Numbered from the whole stretch's first letter, positions 49,816 through 62,537 are shown. The stretch: DNA of 63,037 nt, filler included, from Klebsormidium nitens (GCA_000708835.1; 7 parts of 7 records of this genome joined end to end with filler, not necessarily neighbours in it); one strand, 5' to 3'. The notes: generated by a model not told the origin, from the sequence alone. Translations and numbers: made by a program.

Positions 49816-52800
49816 TCAGGCTGCGGCCACCGGGGTGGGCCCGTTCTGCTTGGCGGGGGGCGCGCCGCGGAAGCGCAGCGGCTTGTCCAGCTTCTCCTCC
49901 TGTACCAGCTGCTTGATGGCGGGGCCACCGTGCCGGATGCCCACGTAGAAGCTCGCGTACTGCACGCAGCCACGCAGCACCGAGTCAGCGCAGGGCGGCC
50001 AGCCACCGCAAAACAGAGGCAGGGACACGCGATACGAACGTTAGCAGCGGTGATCAGCCAAGGGATCGTGCCAGCTGAGCCGCCAAGTACGGTGTGCAGG
50101 CCAAGACCCGCTGTTCGGGGACTTGCAAAAGCAGGCACTGTCTTGCAGAGGAGCGAAGAGAGGGGGCCGGGAGGGCGCGGAGACCGCCGCTCACCATGTT
50201 GACCCGGTCCATGTACTGGTCGCTGCAGCGCACGCGGATCACTGCACACAGCACGCGCAGCCACGTCAGCAATGGGCAGCGCAGCACCGCGGCCGAGTGG
50301 GCTGCGGCGCCCACGCAGGACGCGCCGCAAGACAGCAGTGGGCACCGGGCGCAGGCCCCCATCCGGGAGGAGCAAGGAAAGGGCGAGCGGGGGTGGCACC
50401 GACTGCGAGGCACCAGAGCTGAGGCAGGTGGGCGGTGTCCACATGAAGGCGGCGCCAGCGCAGCATGGGGGGAGGGAAGTCTCACCCTTGAAGCCGGCTG
50501 CCTCGATGGCGCGCGCGTAGTGGGGCTGCTTGGAGGCGCTCCTCCAGATGACGCGGCCGCCGGGGCGCACCTGCGCCTTGAGCGCGGCGGCGAGGGTGTC
50601 GATGTCGGGCTGGTCCAGCCAGTCGACGTGGTCCATGAGGATGACCTTGGTGTACTGGCGCGCGCACAGCTGGCTCACGAAGCTGTCGGTGCGGATGAGC
50701 AGCCGCTCGCCCGCGGCCAGCTCGTGCTTGAGGCGCGCAAAGCAGTCCTCCTCCAGGAAGCGCGGGCAGCAGTGGCGCGCAAAGCGGCCGGTGAGGCAGA
50801 GGCGGTAGAAGTAGTTGGAGTCGCGCAGGTTGGAGTACTTGGCCACGTTGTCCAGGCAGCGCACGATGTAGCTGTAGATGTTGTCCTCGTTCTTGATGAG
50901 CGCCATCTGGCTCTTGCACACGCCCGCGCAGAACCACATGGTCACGCGATTCGTCACCAGGAAGCCCAGCGCGCGCGCCATGACGCCCGCGCGCATCAGC
51001 CACTGCCCCGCGGTGGCAGTCCTGCACACAGCGCACGCCACGTCAGAGGGGGCGAGGCAGAGGCGAGAACGAGAGGGCAGAGGGCGACGACAGTGACCAC
51101 CCCAATCTTGGTCCAGCACAAACACCTTCACAAGGAAGGCAGCGTGAGCGGGGCTGCCTAGGTAGAGAAAGGGACAGTTGTGGGGCTCCCAGACCGAAGT
51201 GAACAAAAGAAGGGTGACGGGGTAGAGTGGGGAGAAGCCCATGTTGGCTGTCTGGCTGCGGGCAGGTGGAGCATCCGCCGCGGGGGTGCTTAGAGAAGTC
51301 CCCGCAGAGCCAAGAAACAGACGTGGGGCTACCTGCTCGTGAGGCGCAGCCAGGTAGGGGGGCCTATGAGATCTTTCACGTCTTTTAAACACTGACTCAG
51401 GGGCTAGCACGGTTCTTACGAAAAGTGGTTGAAGAGAAAACTGCAAGTAAGGTCGTGTAATAATGTCTCCAGAGTGATCGAGAGAGCCCGCCGCTTTTGA
51501 CTTGTGCGCGTTGTGATGGCAGTGGGACCAAGTAAGAGCCTGATCTGCCGGCCCACGGGTTTTCAAGTAGGCCAGGCGCACAGGCATCGCAGTGGCATGG
51601 GGTTGAGGGGAGGGGAAGAGCGGGAGGCGCGCTGACCAGAGTTCGTGCTGCTGTTCCACGGTGGGCGCGTTGACCAGGGAGTCGACCCAGTCCTCCTTGC
51701 GCGTGATCTTGGCCAGCACCTTGACGGCCTTCACCAGGCGGCCCATGCCCCCATGGTAGTACATGCCGTCCTTGAAGTAGTACGCCTTCTTGCGCCTGCG
51801 CACACGCAGCAGCGCCCAACGCGTCAGAGATGCCCCAAAGAGGAGGACCAGCGAGCACCCTCAGACAGCCACCCTCCACTGGACAGGCTACTCCAGAGAA
51901 TGGGGATGCCGCAGCGATCCTTGTTCACCACCACACAGTGCCGGAGGCGGAGGAACGAGGCACTTGGTGTTGGTCAAGGGACGCGTGCCCGCAACAAGGG
52001 CTTGCAGGCACACACTGGCAGCACACATGGGCTGGAAGGGGCAGGGCACAGCACTGCAGTTGCTGGCAAGGCCAGACAGCAGCGTCTATCCGATGATAAC
52101 CTTGAATTTCCATTCCACCCCTCCTGCTTGTGTTGTAGCGCGCCCTCACCAGAACTTGAGTGCGCCCTGGCTGAGGAAGGGCCCCAGCTCGCGCTGCAGC
52201 AGCTCCTCAAAGCGCTCGTGGCGGCCCTCCCCAAAGATCTTCCACACGTCCTCAAACGGCAGCCGGATGACGGCCACGCGCTTCAGCTCCAGCAGGTAGC
52301 TCTGCGCCGGGTTCATGTCCACGCCCACCACGCACCGCGCGCCCTGCACGCGCCACCGCCACACGCTCAGCACAGCACCGGGGCAGGCCAAGGACCGCAA
52401 GGGAAGGGGGCCAAGAGGGAGGGGCAGGCTGCGAGGGGCAGGGCATGGCGCGCAGGCGCGAGCATCGCATGCCCCCGGCACTGACCTGCAGGATGATGTC
52501 AAGCGCGTTGCAGCCGCCGGAGGTGAGGGTGAGCACGGTGTCGTTGGGGTTGATGTCCAGCACCTTGGCGTCCTCGCGCGGGTCCTCCCAGGACAGGCTG
52601 TACAAAAAGGTGGGGGGGAAGCCCTTGGGGCGCCGGCACTCAATGTCATCCGTGGCGCGCACCGGGAAGCGCGTCAGGTTCACCACTGCGCGCAGAGGGG
52701 GGGGAGCGATCAGGGGACCGGGGCCATGAGGGAGGCAAGGCCCACGGCTCTGGGAGCACGGGCAAGACGGACGGTGTAATATCATCTCCAAGAGCTCAAT

Positions 52801-54506
52801 CTGAAGGCAAAGTAGATGTCGGCGGGTATTTCATTAAGGAGCTTGGAATGCACCAATCGTCCAAGACGCACCTATTTTCTCAGTTTTGCCATTATTCAAG
52901 GTGTAGAAAAAACAAACGTGGTTCTTGAGCAGAAAAGCACTAGACCAGCGGAGAGATAATAAAGCTGTTTACAAGGACAGACTACCCGGTGATTGCACCC
53001 AAAGGGCCCTACACGGTATGAATTATCAATTGACAATCTGGACCATATCAATCTGCACAATCACCCACCAGATCTAGCGGTGTGTGGCTTTTGAACCTGG
53101 ATGAGCAATTTCACTTGCCATCCCTACAAGTGTCCAAGTGATTGTTATGCTGCGAAGGGTCCCAAACAATGGGAGATTGCGAAATCCAACGCAAGTGATG
53201 ATCAAATGCAGGGAGCAGATCTCAGTGCAGCCTCCATCACCTGGCCCTGCCCCTGCCAGCCTCACCTTGCAGCTTCTTGTGGCGGCCGACCCAGATGTAG
53301 TACGGGGCGCGCAGGTACGGCACGTACGGGATGCGCCCGCTGCTGTTGTACTCGTACACCGGCTCCATGCTGTGCTCCAGGTAGTGCCGCCGCTCGGGGG
53401 ACAGGTCGATGCCGTCGCAGTCAAACACAGCCTTCCAGAACCAGCGCCGCGCAAACGGATGCTGCCGGTTAGGCGTGTCGTACTTGGCGGAGGTGTAGAA
53501 GTCGGCCACACCCACGATGCCGTCCGGCGCCAGGCCCGCCACCGCATTGTCCACCGCCGCCATGAACGGTGGGATCACTGCACCAGCAGAGCAGGCAAGG
53601 TTTGGGACACACTGCAGCCAGTGAGCACACACAGGCAGCGGCCGAGACTTTCCTTGCCATAACAAGAGGAGGAGAATGGAAGGAGTTACTGCTAAAACAA
53701 ATAACTCCACCTTGTCATCCCCCAATTTGGCAGCGAGAACCTCATGTAGACCCAATTCCGAAATCTCAGGTAGACACAAAGTGGATCCACGCAGGACACA
53801 GATCTTGGCAGGATATGCCGCTGGGGGCTGCCAAGGCTTAAGCTGCTCACTGGTAAGGGAGTAGGAGAAGGTAATGAGCTGTGCAGCGTCAGGGGCTCGG
53901 AAGGTGCACGCATCTGCCTCCACAACCTCCACGTTGTGCCACCCGCGTGCCGCCACCTTCTCGCGTGCAACGGCGCACAGCGACGGACAGATGTCCACAA
54001 CGTAGATGCGCTGGAAGGCGGCCAGGTCCAGGTACTGCGCCATAAGGTCCACATTCTCCGCGGTGCCCCCGCCCAGGTCCACCCACACCAGCCCCGACGC
54101 TCCCCGCAGCCGCGCAGCGCACGCCGCCAGCATGCCTTTGCGGCCGTGCAGGAAGTTGGCGCGGAAGCGGTCATCTGCGGAGGGGAGGGACACCGAGCTG
54201 AGAGGCGCTCCTGGCCGACAAAGGTGGCACCTCAATGCACGAGAGAAAGCACCTCAACCCAATCAGTGCACGCCAGATCTGGGACAAGGGTGGTACACAA
54301 GAATGTTGAGGAGACAGAGCAACAGCAGAGGGACCAGATCTGGCATGGAGGCAGGTAGCAGGGATCTCACAGGCGTGCGCTTGAGGCCCATAGAAGCTCT
54401 CCAGGCGCTCCTTGTGGGTGCCCCCCTGGATCTTGCGGAACCACATAGATGAGATGCACTGCATATCTGCTGCAAACCCAGCCACCTGCTCCATGCCGAA
54501 AGCCAT
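49816..54506 (-). CDS. BTA1: Betaine lipid (DGTS) synthase, BtaB-like methyltransferase fused to BtaA-like domain, 9 exons
   Basis: Exons (minus) 54371-54506, 53851-54174, 53266-53577, 52486-52685, 52150-52343, 51637-51795, 50486-51021, 50195-50241, 49816-49959. HKERLESFYGPQAHAYD, WVDLGGGTAEN, ITFSYSLTMIP, FLYSLSWEDP, TLTSGGCNAL, VILMDHVDW, YMDRVNMYASF closely follow Chlamydomonas BTA1 as recalled. Start codon could instead be 54494. Confidence 0.95.
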
Positions 54507-54806
54507 CCCGGCAGCAGGAGGCGCCCAGATCAGGGCAGCAGAAGCGCAAGCAACACACAATGTGGGCGCTACAACCAGCGCGCGGAGAGCTGCTCAAAAT
54601 CACACCCGTGAAGGAGCGGCTAATGCAACTCGATGACTGCCAGCTGCCAGCGAAGCCCAAGCGGAATGGATTGACACAGTCTTGCAAACCTGAAGAGACC
54701 TCTGGAAGACCTACATAAAGCTCTTGGGATCAGAGGGAAGCTGTTCGTTGTTTGAAGCCTGGATCGAACACTGAAACGGGAAACTTGGACCTTGGATTCG
54801 GAATTA

Positions 54807-55076
54807 CCGTAGAGACATTGTCCATTCGCACTAAAATAATTATTTTTAGGGCTTGCCAAAAAAGTTTTATTACTTTCGACGCAGGTGCGAAAATGCGAAT
54901 AAAAAATAAAATCTGAAGAAGCCAAAAAACCTGCAAAATGGGGCTTTAAAAACTTAAAAGTCCAAATTTGGAAAAAGCGAAAATTTTAATAATATCGTCG
55001 ATGCTGGTGCGAAATGACAAAACGTTCATAAATAATATTCGCACCAAGGTGGTGCGAATGGACAATGTCTCTACGG
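54807..55076. mobile_element. Tc1/mariner-type MITE, 270 bp, perfect 25-bp TIRs, TA target duplication
   Basis: ta|ccgtagagacattgtccattcgcac (54807-54831) and gtgcgaatggacaatgtctctacgg|ta (55052-55076); AT-rich interior with extra gtgcgaa/ttcgcac copies. Confidence 0.92.
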
Positions 55077-55511
55077 TATGGTAGGCAGCCTGCAAAAGCT
55101 GTCCTGCCTGTGCACACTGCAGTTTTACTTCGGCTGCACTGGCCGCCAGTCTGATCCTTGGAGATGGGTGCACCGGCCCCCCGGGTACGCCATACGGTAT
55201 TGGCCTTTCCGGCGATCGAAGATGGGCTCAGATACCGGAGGAAGCGGGCCCGTCGGCCCGACCAGCCTCTCGTGACTTCAACATTCGACAGCACCCTTCG
55301 CCGGCTTCGGAAAGGCAATCACCGGGCGGCCCACCGTCCACCGCAGCGGACTCCGACTCGGGACTCGTCAGCTGATCGGACTTCCCGCGAAAAGATCCAA
55401 GATTCAGCGGGCAACCGTGGCGTTTGTGGAATCTCGCTGACAGAGAATCCTGTGCTGACTGGGTACCTAGGGCATCTGCGACATTTCTCCGCTTCATGTA
55501 CTCACGGCTTA

Positions 55512-55888
55512 GTCACCGGATTGTGTATTGTACAATCCATGGCGGACCGGTCGATGGTACCAATTGTACACCATCCATAGCAGAGCAAAATTCTGATTGT
55601 ACTGCGAGTGTATGTGCAAATGTTATCAGACAGAGGCGGAGGGCTTGTTTTCTTCTTTATCCACCAATTTTACTTCATCGGACGGCTCAGATTTCTTAGA
55701 TAGTCATCTGAAGGTAACAACGAGCCCAAAACCCAAGCTTTAGTTCGATTATTCCTTCAAATTCCGATATTTCTGGTGAATATTGGTCCAGCATACAATC
55801 AGGCATACAATCAAGTATCATTTATAAGAGCAGCCCTGATTGTATAAGATTGTACCATCCATGGCCCGGCCACATACAATCCGGTGAC
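55512..55888. mobile_element. Second TA-flanked MITE-like element, 377 bp
   Basis: ta|gtcaccggattgt (55512-55524) and acaatccggtgac|ta (55876-55888), a perfect 13-bp IR plus TA; internal recurring attgtac/catacaatc motifs. Confidence 0.7.
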
Positions 55889-57189
55889 TATGACATAGTC
55901 TCACGGTACCTGAGATTTGTGTAAGTACCCAATGTTGTCCTTCGAATCTACCGTAGGTACGGTCTACCTAAACAGAACCAGAACGGTTCTGATAACCGAC
56001 ACTTCGCAGCGCAGGCTTGCATGTCCAAGACTTCTTTTTATTCTTTTAGGGTTTTCCTGGGTTTTCCGGTGTTCCCTGGTTTTGGGGTTTTACTTTTAGG
56101 TCATTACCGTAGGGCCAGGCCGCAAACCAGTGACTCGAGCAGAAATCGGGAAATAGGGCCTAGAAATAGCTAACCGGAATGAATATACCGTTTTACCGGT
56201 ATACCGATATACCGAGTATACCGAGGTGGAGCCGAGGTGATACCGTAGCCTAGTACCTTATAAACCTTAGACTAGTAGCTAGCCGCGGTCGCTACAGTAG
56301 AGGCGGCTAGTACTTTCAGTCAAACACTGGCACACCGTCACGTGACGAGCCGGTATGATATATCATTACTACTGATATGTTGAGAGGTCGCTCGTACGTA
56401 CCCGCCGGGCGGCATATTGTGAGACTACAAAGCCTATATAGGCAGTAATCCAGTAAGTATAAATTGGGGTTCAAAGGCCCTTCACTGGCAGGCCGGTTAC
56501 AGACAGATGTGCAGACTCCGAGTTTCTTCTGAGTGTCGGACGGTGACACTCGACTCCAGGCCGGTGGTTCAATCAACGCAACCGTCGGGCATGCAATGAA
56601 CGGACTCACGGGTGCCCGTCGGATTGCCGGCAGCATTGCAAAGTTCTTCGAACTTGACGTTGTAGGGACGTTGTTGCGACACCTTTTCATTGATTTGCAC
56701 CTCAAGCATAGAGCTGAAATAGTTAATCACTGTGATAATTGCCAGCTATATGCGAAGAGCGGGCTAGGTTACTAACATGACACGATCAGCAACCATGTGC
56801 GGAAACTCGGAAACCATGGAAGCAGGCGTTTTTAAGCGATGGCGCAGCTCAGAAAAATTATCGTCTTTCTGCCCAAGACAACTTATGTCCTCTTGTTGGA
56901 CAAGTCCCTCAAGACATCCTTCAAGATTCCAGAGTCTTGTTTCTGCCTGCATTCAGTCAATCATGAATCGTAGAGAGTGTAAACTTGGGCCTGCAGAGCC
57001 CATGGCTGCATCTAGTCATCTTCATAACGTCCTTCCAGTGTGGCAAAGAGCATACTTTTGACTTCAAAGTAGAGCGTCCTGCGCCTTGCCAAGCAATCCT
57101 GGTCATGCAAGACTCCATGCTAGTCTAGTAGCTCTACTTATGCTACTATTGACATACCCAATAATAATTATTATCGAACATTACTGCGA

Positions 57190-57238
57190 CACTTGCCACG
57201 TGTCACAACTCGACAGTGGACTTCACTTGCCACGTGTC
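57190..57238. promoter_or_regulatory. Tandem 15-bp direct repeat, each containing a G-box/ABRE (GACACGTGGC on minus strand)
   Basis: cacttgccacgtgtc at 57190-57204 and 57224-57238. The repeat is seen directly; regulatory function is not shown. Confidence 0.4.
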
Positions 57239-58904
57239 GCAAGGCGACCACGGATTTAACCATGTGCATTTGAGCGGTTAGACTTAACCATAGCCCAATC
57301 GTCACACTGTAACGTTGCCTTTCACAAGTTTCGGAATTGAATCGTCATAACGTCCCTTCTACTAGTAGTAGAAAGTAGTACTCTCCTACTTTTTAAGTCC
57401 AACAGCCTAAATACTGAATCCTAAAAGCCTAAAGCTTAGTGTCACCCCTGTGTCACCAAGTTGAACTCAAGTTGCGCTTGTTTTGAACAGAGAATGAAAT
57501 GATACGAAGCTGCTTCGACAAGAGCCAGCCAAAGGCGACGTCGTCGAGTTTTGAGTCGACATGCGCCGTCCGGATCATCTTTTCATTATCGGCGCCTAGA
57601 ATGTTTGAAAATTATGATCAGCTGGTCAAGCATCGGTCCACTGTGAGAGATGGGCTATGGTTAAGTCTAACCACACATCGTCATCAGTAAAGTTAACCTT
57701 CGGGTTCGCGCGTGTGCTAGGTTGCGGCATATGAGCACAGTATTGATGTGAGGGACGTAGTTAATGCAAGTTTGATGAATTACGCCATTGAATCTAGTTC
57801 GTAGAGTGCAAGATAAGTATGCTTAGTAGTCAGTGATGTGACGTTCACGTCCATAGCATGATCTTGCCAGTCTACGGGATGACCAGGATTGCTTGGCATG
57901 GTGCATGGCACTCTACTATGTGGTCGTAGTATGCAATCGGACGAGTGCATGGCAGAGCTGTCTTGGATATGACTGGATGCGGCTACGAGTCGCCTAAGGG
58001 CACTCCTCGAAGCAGGCTCTCCACGATTCAAGACTTGGCATTGAAGTACTAACTGGAACAAGACACAGAACCTTGCGGGGATCATTCGAAGTGCGAGTTC
58101 CCAACCAGCAAGCAGAACTGGACCTTGAGCAGAAAGACAACATTCTTACAGACTCCAAGCGCTTCAACCACTGAGAATGTCTGCCACCATGGTTTCCGCA
58201 CATTGCTGCCGTTAGGGTATCACGGGTTATCTTGCCAGCGCAAGTTCGCTCAAGCTGGCCAACCGCTCACATCCACGATCTGAAGATTTGTCTTCTGGAA
58301 TGTTCGGAACACTCCGGCGGAATCATTGACGGTCCATTGCCGTAGAAATCATTGTACCAGCCTTGACAAACAGTCGAAACTCGGCGTTCCGAGTTGCTCA
58401 TGTGCTCTTCAAGAGCTCGGACGGTCGCGACACTTGACCGAGTGTTGCAATGTTGTCGAGCGACTGTTGCCAGGGCAACCGTTGCCCGACGGTCGACCGT
58501 GGTGTTGGTTTGTCACAACACCGAACGTGACGTTGCAACCGCAGAAACTAGATATGATAGCAACAACGTCTTTGCATCAAACTTACCGTCTATACCAGTC
58601 GGCGTTGCGCCAAATGAACGGTCATACACTAGGCTTTTGTGTTAAGATACGGGGTTCTTTGACGGCCAAATTGTAATAGAGTTAGGCGGAAATAGAGGGT
58701 AGTTCCGCTCTATTTCCATATGTTAGATTTGGGAGTACTAATCTTCAGTACACCCGATTGTCTTGTGATTGATTCGTCCATAGAATCGTAGATTTGATGC
58801 ATAANNNNNNNNNNNNNNNNNNNNNNNNNNNNNNNNNNNNNNNNNNNNTTAATTAATTAANNNNNNNNNNNNNNNNNNNNNNNNNNNNNNNNNNNNNNNN
58901 NNNN

Positions 58905-61248
58905 CAGTACAGCGATTACACCTTTGCTACAAAGAATTTTGGATATCGCTCTATTCTTGACCGCGTCTTCACAACCATAAACAAGCAACATTGTGACCCG
59001 ACAAATGTCACTGATTTCGGTATCAACATGTCGGATCACCGCCCAGTCTTAGTCACAATCAATCTTCATTCTCTTTGTCACGGATGGTTAGAATATCCAC
59101 AGTCACAATTCCGTCTTCCTCGTATAAATATCAACGTGGAGAACGAGAAGAAGATGGATCTTCTCTGTAAGCTAACAGACGAATGGGCACAAAAAACAAT
59201 AAAACGCACTTTCCATGTAATGGCAAACAACATTCAATCGGCAGAAGAACATTATGAGACTCTTCAAAAGATATTTGTGGATCTTCCAGCCAAAGCTTTT
59301 CCCCCCGCCCGGAAGAAACGAAAGGATTGGAAATCAAGAGCAAGGCCTGGCAGAAGCGGATTTGAGATGGATCATTCGATATCTTCGAGCTGTAAAGCAT
59401 CTTCGAGATTGCAAGATGGGAAGGGTTTGTCTAGGTTTTAGAAAAGAACAACATATTGACCAAGTGTGGCGCAATTTTGGGTCCTTGCAATCGCCTATTG
59501 ATGATTTCGAACTCTTAGACGCAAGTATGTATCAAACTTGGTCCATTGTAGCATGTGAAGATCACATCTTGACAGCTGAAACTATTTTGAAGCGTTTAAA
59601 ATCCATATATGATAAAGAGGTATTTGCCGATAAAAAGCTGCAACAAGACGCAATCGATAGGGAAAACAGATCGCATCAACCAAACTCGAAAAAGAAAAGA
59701 CGGTATCATATGCCGCATAAATACGCCGCCTCCGCTCTACCAAGTGTTATGAAGCGAAATGATGGACAAAAGGGTTTTGTCACGGGAGACGATCTAAATG
59801 AAAGTTGGAGACATCAACTTGATCTCAATAGCGCCTTCAAAATGCCCAACGTTTCCACAGAGCAAGGTCCACCATGGTTACAAGACAATCTTTGGAAGGA
59901 TACTCGTGATCGTTTAGCTCCTCATCAAGCGTCCCTCATGAATCCAATTACAAAAGAAGAGCTTGCAACTTACATCAACAACGTTGGTGCTCCGACACCT
60001 GGTATTGATCGTATTCAATCTGAAGTCATACGACTGATGCTTTTCCACGATCGCCTTAAGAAACATAACTTTGAAAAAACTCTTCTTGACTTTGTCAACA
60101 ATATTATTGCCTCTAAATCCTTTCCATGAACGATGAAGAATGCTCTTCTTGTATTTATCCCAAAAGACGGGGATCCACTTCTACACACCAACTATCGAGG
60201 AATAGCTCTCCTATCATCCATCTATAAAATAGTGACAGGCGTTTTAAATGCAAGGCTCACAAAAACACTGCATGATTTTGGGGGCATAGAAGTTAATCAA
60301 GGGGGAAACAAAAAGGGAGTTAACGCAGCACACAAGGCGGCAGTTTTAATGAACGTGATATCCGATGCCCGTTATGAGCGCAAACCTCTTCACATTATAT
60401 ACACAGACATCAAGAAAGCTTTTCCAAGTACCCCATATCAAGCATTCCATGACGCCCTCCAGGTGCTAGGAATAAACGAGGATTTCATAGACCTTATAAA
60501 GGACTCACAAACGGACTTTTTCACCACGGCCAAAGGCCCAACCGGATTATCAAGTCCACGGGAAAAGTTGGTTGGTGTCCATGAGGGGGATTGTCTGAGC
60601 CCCACTTTATTTTGCCTAGTAATCAATATGTACAGCAAGTGGGCAAACAATCAAGACATTGGTTACACAATGAATGGTCCACCCAATACCTCTTTGCAAT
60701 CAATGAAGATAGCAACCAACGCATACATGGACGACATGGCTATGTTTGGCGAATCATTCGTCCAAGTTCAAAGCTTGTTGACACTTTTTGAGAGATTTCT
60801 ATCATTCTACGGTATGTCATTAAATAGCTCCAAATGCGCCTATCAATTTCGGAAACCTCACGGTACTTTCGTACCTAGTCAACCAGAAACAAAGTGGGGA
60901 AAGATTCCGATATATGGTCCTAAACAAAGTTATAAATATCTTGGTTATTTTGTGAACATCAGTCTTGATTTTGCCACCCAACATAAGGAGATGACCAAGA
61001 GATTGAATAAAGCTTGTTCTAACCTGTTTAGTGAGCATGGTTTGAGCATTCAGGAAGCCGTAACTTACGTAAATTCAGATCTTGCCTCCGTGCTACGCTA
61101 TCGCATGTACCTTATTGCATTTCCTGAATCCTACTTAAAGACATTCGACCACCGCCTTGCATCCGCCGTTAAACGCCTCGGACATCTTTCTAAGTCAACA
61201 CCTACGGATATACTAATCGACCAAGGACTGTACAATGTTTTCCATTGA
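58905..61248 (+). mobile_element. Degenerate APE-type LINE ORF2 (endonuclease C-terminus plus reverse transcriptase), ends in gaps
   Basis: YTF...RSILDRVF...SDHRPV endonuclease end near 58910-59050; RT: IPKDG...NYRGIALL..IYKI, DIKKAF, GVHEGDCLSPTLF, AYMDD, LNSSK, YKYLG; frameshift near 59300-59400 and stop at 60127-60129; markedly AT-richer than host exons. Confidence 0.9.
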
Positions 61249-61352
61249 ATGCNNNNNNNNNNNNNNNNNNNNNNNNNNNNNNNNNNNNNNNNNNNNTTAA
61301 TTAATTAANNNNNNNNNNNNNNNNNNNNNNNNNNNNNNNNNNNNNNNNNNNN

Positions 61353-62537
61353 CTTCTTGTTGCCTTGGCTCATCAGATAAACGGCCAAAACCCCATAAAG
61401 CTGGACACAGGCGTACGGCGCAAGTCGGTCAATGGCCCTAAGTCCGCTAGAACCCCGCGCTCCTCCTTGCTGAGAAAACGCTTTGAGCTTTTCAAGCATA
61501 GGGTTGGCCGTGGCAGTATGCGGACCAGTCGTTGCAGCAAGGTATTGCTTGCCGTTCTCCGCCATTGACGGAGCAGAAGATGTGCCTGTAGGTTGAGAGA
61601 AAGAGGTCAAACTCGATAGACGAGCACCAATTGGGGTCGTAGTTGAACGCCCCTCATATGTAGGTTCTTCGAAGATGTCGAGAGGGCTAACATCCGGCGA
61701 AGGAACACCAACGATCTGAATATTTGACGTTCCTCCTTGTTCCGGACAGAAGAACTGCATGTATTGACAGAAAATGGATATTGGTTTAATAGCAAGTAAG
61801 GAGTTGAAAGGCTCGCAAGGCAGAACTACCGGGTTGAAGAAGGGTTTCCAATCTTCTGTGTAATTCTGCAATGTGCCTAGACTGTTGACAAAGGCGAGCT
61901 GACGCGTGAGGGCTGCTTGTGCAAGTTCTGCACAGCAACATTCTTTTCCTTTTTGGGGAAAGAGACAGATGTGCCCTCGCTTAACGTTGTACGCCATTTT
62001 CTGAACTGCCTGGTGATAATAAGTTGAGGAAAGAAAAGGCCGAAGGGATGCCTTGAAAGCGTTTTTCCGCTCAGGCACCAAACTGTGACAACATAGCAGA
62101 ATTCTTGAGAGCATGTCGAGCAGTAGGAAAGTGTTGACTGAAGGAAAGGAAAAGGACTGAACCCGTTCGGTTCGCTTCAAGAGTGTGGCTATTTTGATGT
62201 CAGATGTAAACCGCGGGTTAGCTAGGAAAGCATGAATCGTGTAGCATCTGAATCCGTGCATTTGCACGTGATGTGCGATGCTGACTAGTCCCAAGTTCTC
62301 GAAGCTGGTGATATCAAGAGCGGCTACGATCTTGAGAAGGGCCCTCTCGAGTAGCCTGGATAAGATCGTGGATTCGTAAGACCTTGTAACTGAAGGCACC
62401 AAGTCGAAGTATTTGAGGCTCGACAGGATCTTGCGCTCCTGTTGTAGGAAGGGGTCCGTCTCCACCGTTAGGAGGATCGGCTGGGAGGTTTTGGACTGAA
62501 GCGGGATCAATGTTTTGGCCATTATCAATATAATCAT
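61353..62537 (-). CDS. Additional ORF (>=395 codons) 3' of gypsy integrase, unknown function, truncated by gap
   Basis: Open frame from ATG 62537 to the gap at 61352 with no stop; overlaps the pol tail (62314-62537) in a different frame; no signal peptide or family recognised. Confidence 0.6.

Noticed and set aside
50094-52484. Plus-strand ORFs of 355 and 279 aa and the 696-aa minus ORF at 49713-51803
   Set aside because: Antisense shadows, or read-through of stop-poor introns of BTA1; the spliced model explains the homologous segments.
10010-54506. Functional gene cluster linking GT90, GT92-like, BTA1 and SGS3
   Set aside because: Unrelated pathways, mixed strands, separated by TEs and unsized gaps.
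56181-56188. P1BS phosphate-starvation site (GAATATAC) about 1.7 kb upstream of BTA1
   Set aside because: GNATATNC is expected about once per 4 kb by chance, and this copy sits in an ataccg repeat run.
56316-58800. Short ORFs between the MITEs and the LINE (possible LINE ORF1)
   Set aside because: No motifs or zinc knuckle found, frequent stops, and a gap separates them from ORF2.
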